Below are positions 29,675-40,100 of a stretch of DNA of 64,000 nt, in pieces. Below the pieces are notes generated by a model, which did not search any database, was not told the DNA's origin, and was given only the letters and a program-made list of their open reading frames with translations. This DNA comes from a virus: IMG/VR virus record IMGVR_UViG_3300029812_000326, positions 1-64,000 of that record, one strand, 5' to 3'. Each line of letters starts with the position of its first letter. Positions within the stretch are counted from its first letter, which is position 1. A program made the translations under genes and the position numbers.

Positions 29675-30291
29675 TGTTAGATAAAATCATAGAATTTCAA
29701 AAAAAATATAAAGACATTTATTTACTGAATTTGCGTGGCAAATCCTATATTTTTCGAGAACCAACCTTGGATGAATGGATGCGTTTGGAAAAATTTGAAT
29801 TTTCAAGATTAAATGCTAGTTCATATCTGGTTGATTCGCTATTGCTCCATCCCCCTATAAAAAGTCTATTGGCGGGTGAAATTTTATCATTAGGAAATGA
29901 AATATATAAAATTGCATCTAAATTCGCAGATGATAGTATAATTGCCGAAACATTAGATTCAATATCAAAAGAATTAAATAGCGGAGATAGTATAGAAAGC
30001 GTCATTATGGTTATCTGTTCAGCATTTCCATCTTACAAGCCTGAAGATATATATGAATTCAGTTTTGATAGATTAATGACAAGATTAGCCCAGGCCAAAA
30101 AAATTCTTTCTCCATCAGAAACTCAATTCCCTACGATGGGCGGAAATTCTGGATTGGCATCACAAGCAACGGGGATTGCTGCATCAAAAAGGGAGTTGCA
30201 AGCCAAATTAGCAAGGCATAAAGATAAAATAAATAAACTTAAAACATATAAGGAATCAAATATAAAAAAACCTAATAATTTAAGGGGGTAA
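29674..30291 (+). CDS. Putative tail assembly chaperone
   Basis: KKYKDIYLL..YIFREPTLDEW; similar to 30575. Confidence 0.5.
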   Translation: MLDKIIEFQKKYKDIYLLNLRGKSYIFREPTLDEWMRLEKFEFSRLNASSYLVDSLLLHPPIKSLLAGEILSLGNEIYKIASKFADDSIIAETLDSISKELNSGDSIESVIMVICSAFPSYKPEDIYEFSFDRLMTRLAQAKKILSPSETQFPTMGGNSGLASQATGIAASKRELQAKLARHKDKINKLKTYKESNIKKPNNLRG

Positions 30292-30292
30292 C

Positions 30293-30562
30293 ATGAGTTG
30301 GAAAACTTGCCACGGTTGCAAAGGAAAAGGATTTGTGATTTTAAAAAATAAAGATGGAAATGAGATCATGAATAAGTGTATAATTTGCAATGGTGCAGGC
30401 ATGATTCTCATTGAACAAACAGATACTTGGACTCCATGGAAATATCCTGATGAAAATGGAGCGCCAGTTTATCCTGATGTTCAATATGGTAGTGCAAATG
30501 ATGCGCTAAGTTGGGGTCCTTGTGATTTATATGGTGCTAAAATATATGTTCAAGTGAATTAA
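30293..30562 (+). CDS. Small DnaJ-type Zn-finger protein
   Basis: CHGCKGKG and CIICNGAG (two CxxCxGxG motifs). Confidence 0.7.
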   Translation: MSWKTCHGCKGKGFVILKNKDGNEIMNKCIICNGAGMILIEQTDTWTPWKYPDENGAPVYPDVQYGSANDALSWGPCDLYGAKIYVQVN

Positions 30563-30574
30563 GGAGGTGAAATT

Positions 30575-30979
30575 ATGAGCGAGATTCAAAATGCAGAACA
30601 AGTAGAATGGATTTATCCTTTTACTGCAGATATGATGAATGGCTGGAAAGTAAAATTTCAAGATGTTTTTTGTCTCAAAATTAATGATAGATTTTATGCT
30701 TATAAGCCCCTGAGCGTAGGAGAACTCAGGGAATTGCAGGTTGCTGAAATGAAAACAATTAGAGAGTTGGAAGCAAATGCCGAGTTGAATGATGATCAAA
30801 AAATGGCTTTTGTTCAAAGCAAATCAATGGAACGAACGGTTGCTGCTTGTGTACTTTGGCCGGAAGATTTTAATTCACAGTTGAATGATGTGCCATGTGG
30901 GGTCGTTGATAGGCTGAATGCGGAAATATTTAAAGTTTCTGGTTATGAAGAAGCTACAACTGAACCAACGAAACTATAG
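30575..30979 (+). CDS. Putative tail assembly chaperone
   Basis: WKVKFQDVF..YAYKPLSVGE..CVLWP..GVVDRL..IFKVSGY; AGGAGG RBS. Confidence 0.6.
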   Translation: MSEIQNAEQVEWIYPFTADMMNGWKVKFQDVFCLKINDRFYAYKPLSVGELRELQVAEMKTIRELEANAELNDDQKMAFVQSKSMERTVAACVLWPEDFNSQLNDVPCGVVDRLNAEIFKVSGYEEATTEPTKL

Positions 30980-31050
30980 TGGATGAAAAATTAGAAAGAA
31001 TTTTAAAGGAAATTTTCGGACGATTTGCTGAAGCATAGAAAAAAATATCT

Positions 31051-31080
31051 TTGCTTTAATCTGTCATTCTATGGTATAAA
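31051..31080 (+). promoter_or_regulatory. Possible sigma70-type promoter
   Basis: TTGCTT-18 nt-TATAAA with TGn extension. Confidence 0.35.
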
Positions 31081-31085
31081 TTATG

Positions 31086-31117
31086 GCGGGAAAAATTGTG
31101 CAAATTTCCCGCTTTTT
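31086..31117 (+). terminator. Intrinsic terminator-like hairpin
   Basis: GCGGGAAA...TTTCCCGC then TTTTT. Confidence 0.7.
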
Positions 31118-31132
31118 CATTAACGGAATAAT

Positions 31133-34100
31133 ATGTATTCTGATCATTTTTACGAACAAAGAGAAAATTTAGATTACCGGGATCGGCAATTACCCAATCC
31201 TTTAAAAACTATAGGAGCTGGAGCGTTTTCGCTATTAGCTTTTATAGTTATTAGGGGAGCTGCGCTTCGAGGTTCTTCCGCTGCAAGTAAATCCTTAGCC
31301 CGAAATTTACCGCGAGTATTAAGATCAGTTGCTGCGCCTAAAACCTGGATAAAATCCTATAAAAATTTAAGGGCCGCCGCAATACGAAGTTCTCGGGCTG
31401 AAGCCAAACAATTTGGAATATTATCTCCAAAAGATATTGGAATAGCTGCTACAGTCAAAGAAGTGCCTTTAATTCAAAGAGCTCGGGCCAAATTTACGAC
31501 TATTTTTGCCAAACAAATTGAAGCTAGGCGACAATATTATTACAGAGATTTAGGTTTACGGGAAAAAGAATTATATGCGGCTTTGAAAGAAGGTTATCAT
31601 CCAAGGGCACTTGATCAAAGACTAAAAGCTTTGAAAACATTTATGAAGCCTGATGGAGCATTTTCTGCTCGCTTCATGGCCGCTGCAGGAAAATGGGGCG
31701 AGCGCTATGCGAAAATGATCCCAGGATTCTACGTTGCAGACCAAGCATTGGGTCTTTTCGAAAAGGAAAGACCCGAACATCCTAAACCTGCTTGGTATAA
31801 CATACCTGGACATGTTGCCGGGATGGTTAGATTTGGAATTGGGTTTGCTCCAATTGATTTAGCATTTAGTGGTGCCAGACACCTATTCAGATATGGCCGA
31901 GCCGTGTCTGCAAGAGGTGCTCAATTAGGAGTTCGTGAATTCCCGCATGTAAGAGAAAAATTCGCAAAAACAGTTGAAACGCTGCATATAAAAGGCGCTC
32001 AATGGCATGCTTCAATTTCTAAACACTGGGCTGCGCGCAGACATGGTGCATGGCCTTCAATCCAAGAACTCAAACGGAGCATTAAGGAACGCAAAGCTCC
32101 GCATTCCATGGATATTGTGCGGTTATATTCTGACATTGTGAAAGATGCCAAAATCCAAAGGAAGCCATATTTTAAGATGGAGCAGCAACTTAACCAAATT
32201 CTTGGCGTCCTTGGTATGAGAAAAGATCCGGAAATGCTTCGCGAGATGTCAAAAGATACTGAAATCAAGAAAGCATTTCATGAAGTTCTTGGAAAATTTG
32301 AAAGACGTCCGAAACAAACATTTATAGAATATGCTCTTAAAACTCCGGAAAGGCCTGCAGATTGGGCTCCACGTAGGCTTTCGACTACGTCATATATTAA
32401 AAGATATGCAAAAGAAGCTCAATGGGATCCAGAAACTACAAATAATGTTTTAAAATTGCTTGGAGGAAAAGAATTATATTATGGTAAGAATATTCTTAGA
32501 AAAGGCAACTTTTCAATGTTCAATGCTAGTTTTACTGCTGGTAAAGTAATAGATGTAATGGGGAAATGGAAGCTGCCTTTTATTAATTGGCATCCTTTCG
32601 AACGAATGATGATTACGGGGATTCCTAAAATAGGAATTCCAAGCAAAGGTTCTGCATTCAGAATTCTTGACGAAAAACAATCTGCATTGATGGCTGAAGC
32701 TGCCATCGACGCGGATTTAAATATTACTAGATCTCCGCAACTCAAAATTGGCGAATATTTTATGAGAATTGGGGATCACGTTTTTAGATTTAGTCCCGAA
32801 AAACTTATTAAGCGAATCAGTGGACATTGGAAAGTCGGTGTTGATACAATTACGGCTGGAGAACGGAGATATTTCCAGGGCATGGTTGAAAGCCAAACCG
32901 ATTATGAACATACTGGCTGGTTGGGTCATTTGCGACAAAAATTTGAATTAGGTCGATCTCCACATTTCATAGGACGGCGACTTAAAGAATATATTATCCA
33001 AGATTTTAATCCCGAAAGTCCTCATGTATTGATGCATGAAAAAGGAAAATTTGCTGGAATGCTCGAACGGCTCCAAGGAGATAAAATTTTTAGTCCCAGA
33101 GAACAAAAAGAATTCATAAATTATTCAAGGGCGATAGGTAGGCATTTATATGGATCAGAACAAAATGCTTTGGAGCTTTTCCATAACAATCAAGGCCTTA
33201 GAGGAAAAGTTCTTGATATCTTAGGTGGAGCAGATGCGAAAAAAGCCAAAAAGATTTTAAATGATGTAAACATTGATAAAGTGATTGACGATTTATCAAT
33301 GTTTGATTATGCATTACCAGAAATATATTCCCAAAGAACTGTTCAAGAAGTTCGCAGAGCTCTTCATGATGTACAAAATCTTGTGGGAGCTGATCGAGAA
33401 TTTTTATTAAGATCAAGAGCAACAGTTGTTGGTCAGGCTAGCAATTTATCTGTACAAGATTATCTTATGGGGCAATATTTTAAAAAGACACTAGAAAATT
33501 ACAGCAAAGTCGGAAAGATAACGGAGGATATGTATGATAAGATTTTTAAATCCATTGACGATGCAATTGTATCCAAATCAGAAAAATCCAAAGCTAAATC
33601 CTTATTTGCCAGCATGAAAATTAACAGGCCAATGTCTGAGCATCTAAATGTATATAGTGATCAAGAGGTAATTAATAGCTTGGATACTGTCGGACATCTT
33701 AAAGATATCATTTCCCCAAATGAAAATTTACTTAGAGATGTGTTTAAATTGGATTATAGGTCCCTCCGAGAATCTGCTAAGATAAATAGATTTATGCGGG
33801 ATACTCTTATCCCTCTCGAAATCCGGGGATATATGGGACCCATAAATGAAATCTGGAGAATTCAAGGTCATGGAGTCCCATCTGCCCCAAAAGATCTTTT
33901 TGGCGCGGCCCCGGGATTTGGAGACATGATTACAAGTAGTTTTAATAAATTCTTTAGAATTTCTGATTCCGCAACCCAAATAAATTATGAACCATATATT
34001 ACCAAACAAAGTATGCTTCTCCATAGATGGGCAATTAGGCCATTCAATATGACATTAGGCTGGATTGGTCTGGATTTACAATATAGGTCAAACGCTGAAT

Positions 34101-37100
34101 TTATGAAAAAATTCGCGATGAAACGCGCTTTGGCTATTCCTGCGGCCATTTATGGTTATCGTGCTATTGACACTTTTCTAACCGTAAATCCACTTTTAAA
34201 CCATACCATCTTTGATGACGGATTGACATCCGCTGGAGCCCAAATAATTGGAAAAGCAAATGTTGCTAGAGCTGAAGTATTTGATACATTGGGAATAACG
34301 GATAAAGCTCAATATTTAGAAGGACTCATGCCAGGATCTATGGAATCCCCCGCTGCAAAATTATTCAGAGCGGCCGCACTTCCGATTTTAGGAAGAAAAT
34401 TTGGTGGGGGACCAGGGCTTATGATTGGATTAGGAGCTTCAGCTGCAACAGGATTTGGTCTTCCTGATTTAACCAGATCTGCAGATGAACTTCGAGACGT
34501 TTATTCCGGAAGAAAGCTCGTACCTCATCGCAGCGGAAGATATTGGGAAACTTGTGTAACCCATTGCCCTATAATGACTTATAATGGAATAAAGTATCCT
34601 GAAGAAATAATTGTTGGAGATAAAATAAAAACATTTGATGGATCTGTTGGTAAAATATTGGCAAAATCCGAAAGAAAATTAATTCCTAATGAAACTGTTT
34701 ATAATATAAAAACCTCATTACCATTCAAAGTAGAACTAACTGGTAATCATGAATTATATATACTACGAAATGATGAATTGCGATGGATACCAACAGAAAA
34801 TATAATGACCACTGATTTATTGGCTATACCATTTCATAAACGGACTTATAAAAGGAAAAATTTATGGCTGCCAAACATATTAGATTGTTCCAAGATTTGG
34901 ACTGAGGGTGAAATATTATATCCAATGCAATTTAAATCTTGTTGGTCAAAGTCTACAAAAAATGGCATCCCCGCATCAATTCCTTTGACGAGAGAATTCG
35001 GGCGTTTAATAGGATATTATCTTGGTGATGGCAATGTTTTTAATAATGTTGGTAAAGCATATGGAATTGAATTTTGTTTTGATAAACACGAAATTTATTA
35101 TGCGGAAGATGTTCAAAATATAATTCATGAAATTTTTGGATTAAAATGTACAATTAGACGGAAAGGTTCTGGATATATAATTGTTCGCTGTTTGAATACA
35201 TTGGTTGGTCAACTATTCGAAACCATTTTTACGAGAAAAAAAATAGTTCCGGAATTTATTTATAATATATCAAATTCAGATTTTCATCGAGGCATTATTG
35301 AAGGACTATGGGAATCGGATGGGTCTGTTGATAAAACTGGAACTAATATTCAATTAAGTTTGGTAAATCCAAATATTATTTTATATGCATTTGAACAATT
35401 GTTGCGATTGGGCATAATTCCAACATTTCGAAAATCAGAAACAAACTATGAATCATTGAAAAAATTAAATCCAATTAAAAAGCAATATGGCGAAACATAT
35501 CATTTATATATTCCATCTAAATATAGAGTCAAGTTTTGGAAAAACATTCATATTAAAAAAGAAAAAAAGAGCCCAAAACCGAAACAATCTAAAATCAAAG
35601 ATACATGTTTAGTCGATGACAAATACTATTATATATCAATTTTAGATAAACAAACAATTCAATATGATGATTTGGTTTATGATTTTATGGTGGATCATAA
35701 TTTTAGTTATTGTGGTCCAACATGCACATATCATAATTCCAAATTGTCTTATTTTGGCGGAAGAATCAGATATTTTGAACCTAGTTGGTATACAAAAATT
35801 GTAAGTCAATATAAATATACGGACGCGGCATTGGGAACCAAGCTAGAATCATTATTATATACAGGCCCCTTAAGCGTATTAACAGATCCCTATCATTTCG
35901 AACGGGAGCATTTTTTCGATCGGCCTTATCCAACAACCGCTGGTCTTTTTTCAGATGTACCCGTAATTGGGTCAATCGCAGACATGACGATTGGAAGACT
36001 TTTAAAGCCTCAAGTTATGATGCATGAAGATGAATTAGAAGCAGCCCAAATGGGATTTGATGTAGAATCGAAAAATAGAATTTTACCCGGATACAATAAA
36101 AATACAATGCCACCTTTGCATGAAGCCCGACCTGGTTATTTTGCGCCAAGGCATACTATCCCATCAGTGAGCATGAAAGGAATGTTAGGAGATTCATTTT
36201 ATAGACTTACCGAAGCTGCTGGACTGCGAGGATTTATGACACAAGCGATATTGGGTCGAGAAGGGATCGGCCAATATGCCCCAGTGTATGATGATGCATC
36301 TGCAATTACTAGTTTCGGACATCAATTTTGGGACGCGGAAATAGGCGGTGGAATAATGTGTTTTGATGGGTCAACATTAATATCAACAACAAATGGATAT
36401 AAAAAAATATGTGATATCAAACCTGAAATGCAAATTGTCAATTTGTCAGGAATATATAAAATTAAAAACAAATTTAAAAGAATTCCAAATGATGATGATG
36501 AAATGTATGAAATATCTGTCAATTCACATCCTAATAAAATTAAAGTCACCGGAAATCATAAAGTACTGGCGCACAGAACCAAGTGCCATTGGAAATCGGA
36601 AAAATCGCATCGTCCAAATAATAATGGAATTTGTCCATATTGTAATAAAAAATTTGTCGAACATTTAAAAGAAATTAGAGTTTGTGATTTACGTCTTGGC
36701 GATTTTCTTATAACTCCGATCCCGATTGGACAAAATGAATACATTATTGATTTTGCAAAATATATGCCAATTTTCACAGATGATTTTGTTTATTCTCAAG
36801 GATCCAAAGAATTTTTTGAAATATATGAACGATTACAATTGGATGGTAATTTACAATATTCAGATTTTCATGATCAAAGATATTATGATGCGAAAAAATC
36901 TACTGGTAATCACAAAAAATGGATACGATATTTGCAATTAAATGAGGATTTATGTTATTTGATTGGATGGTGGATTGCAGAAGGCTGCATACAAAAGAGC
37001 ACTATGCACCTTATAATGCATAAAGATGAAATTGGTGTCGCCCATAAATTGGGTAATATCGCAAAACGATTACTTGGCATTGAAAATTACTATATTCGGT

Positions 37101-40100
37101 CTAATGGTGAAAATTGTATTAGTTTGTATTTTTCGCATCGGCCCTTTGTCAATTTTTTGAAAGCCGAATTTGGCTACGGATCACATAATAAATATATTTC
37201 GCATGACATTAAACAAATGAAAAATGAATATGTTTCCGCATTGTTGAAAGGACTCATGGAAGGAGATGGTTGGGAGAATGAATCCAAGGGTGGGTTTACA
37301 ACTGTTAGCCAACAGTTGTTATTGGATATGATAGAATTGTTTGCCAAATTGGGGAAATTGCCCCATGCATATAGTTATTATGAAATATCAAAAAATGGTG
37401 AGTATCCCCAGGGTGGAAAAAGGAAACCAACGTTGCGATATTATTTAAAATATAACAAAAATACACGTGGGCGATTCCATAATTTCATATTCAATAATAA
37501 ATTATATAAAAAAATTACAAAAATTGAACAAATTGATTGTCCACGGTTTTTGTATGATTTAGAAATTGAAGATGTTCATCAATATCAAGCAAATGGAATT
37601 ATTGCTCACAATAGTGAGGCTTGGAGAAGATTATATCCAAGAGAAAGATTTAAAAATTTGGTAAATCCAATCAGGAATTTGGCTCCAAATTGGTTGCCGG
37701 AAGAATTCAAAACTGGCGATCCATATTGTATTGGATTAGAATCATTGATTGATACAGAAAATGGATTGATAAAAGCAAAAGATGTTTCAGTAAATGATAG
37801 ATTAAAAACTCACGATGGTTCATATCGGCGAATCATGGCGGAAAAAATTAGAAATTTGAAACAAAATGAATTTGCATATGAATTCCGCATTACCGGATTG
37901 CCAGCAATTCCATCCACTATATTTTCTGAAGATCATCCCATTTTGGGATTAAAAAATTATGAAATTAAACAAATTCATAATAGGAAATATGGACAAAAAT
38001 ATTATCGCAAAATGCGTAATGCAAAATGTTACAATTTGAAAAAATTGCCGCATCCAAAATGGATTAAAACAAAAGATTTAAATCCAGGAGATTATGTTGC
38101 TTATCCGATTCCACAATATGAGGAAAAAAATATTATTATTGATATGGCAAAATATACTAAGTTCAAATACACTGATAGATGGATTTATCCAAAACATTGC
38201 CATCCGGAAATATATGAATATTTTTTATCCAATCCCTGCCCATATAATATTCAACAATTGGCTATAGAATTCAATGTTGAAGGAAGCACGTTGGATGCTA
38301 TTCGAGATCATATCAAAGCAAAACGCTACGCAATCCGGTATCCAAGATACATAGAATTTGATGAAGATTTAGCTGCACTTTGCGGATATTATGCTGCAGA
38401 AGGTTGGGCAGGAAACAATGGGGAAATTGGATTTGCGCTACATGTAAAAGAAAAATCTACAATTGTAAAATATTTGGATCATATTTTTAAAAAATTCATA
38501 AATCGAAGTGGAGAAATATATCAATATGAAAGAAATGGAAATGGAATTGACTATCGAATAGGTTCTGGTTATCTTGCTGATTTTTTGGGACAAATCGGGC
38601 ATGAAGCACATGAAAAGCATATTCCCAAAGAATTTTTTCATTTGCATAAATCATATTTAATTCCATTAATTAAAGCATATTTTGAGGGCGATGGTTGTTA
38701 TTTTTCAGATGGAAAACGCGCAAGATTTTCTGCAAAATCAGTTAGTTTACAATTATTATATGATATTAGAAATATATTATTATCCTGGGGCATAATAAGC
38801 AATATAAATTACGATCCTGGCGGCCGGACGTCAAAAATTGGAAATCAAATTATCCATGCTGGGATTTCATATAGTTTAAATATTAATTCAGAAAATGCAT
38901 TAAAATTGGCAAAATTGTTCCAAATTAAATTAAAATGCAATTCTAAAATGCTACATTCGTATTCATTCATCTACGATGGATATTTATGTATGCGCGTTAA
39001 TAATAAGCAAAAAGTTTCATGTGACCAAGTCATAGGATTTGAAATTGAAAACGATTCTTTTTGTGTATTAGGAATTGCAACTCATAATACTCACATCAAA
39101 GGGGGTTTGATTTTGCTTCCATCTCGCGCTCACGAAAAAATGTATCATGTGAAGCATAATTTTCCTATTGATTTAGAATATTTTGGATATGAACCCGGAG
39201 AGGCCGCAGGAAGACTATTGAAATTGATTAGACCGGAAAGAGAAGAAGAATATCATTATTCATTTATTAAAGAATTAATTCAAAAGCAATTATTGATGAA
39301 TAGGCAACTGCTATCCAAAGACGTGCCACTTTTTAATCCTTGGTCAAAGATTGAAGGGCATGTTGATGCTATTATTATGAATCAATCTGGAATTCCAGAA
39401 CTGATGCAAATAAAAGCAACTACTGCTGAAAAACTTGGATTCATGCAGCAGCCAAAACCGGCGCACGTATCTCAGCTCAATTTTGCTATGAGACAAATGA
39501 AGAAAAGATATGGACAAATACTTTATGTTGCGTCAGATAATCCAGAATTAAGTAAATCTTTTTATATAGAATATAATTCGGAACGATTTCGCAATGATAT
39601 GTCAAGAATAAATGAAGCTCGGGAATTGGCATCAGATATGTTACTCAAAGGCATTGGGCAAGTTGGAGAATCCTATTCCTATCCTGATAGATTACAAATT
39701 TTAGCCAATGTATCTCCGTGGGCTCCGGAATATAAAAAAGTTTTGAAGCAATGTAGATTGTTAAAAAGCCATGGATTACTGGATGAAGAAGATCAGGTTA
39801 AAGTAGACGAAGCCCGTAGGCAACATGATGCGATTATGAGGAAATTTGATTTTTATCCTCATCGATTTAGCCATGGTAAATGGCTTACTCCTGACCCAAC
39901 CTATAATTTGATGTCTCAGAATGAAAATATTAAAACTGCTGCAAAATATAATATTATTGAAAGATTAATGGGCGCAGCTTATGAACGATTATTGGAATTT
40001 GATATCCCGGTTGTCCATTCTAAATTGCTTCCATATTATACACCAGAACAAATGTACGAGAGACAAATTGGAGGCAGTTTCAGTGGGCAGTGGTCCAGAC

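Noticed and set aside
39240-39640. Cas4-like domain as part of a CRISPR-Cas system
   Set aside because: No array or other cas genes seen; it is a domain within a virion protein
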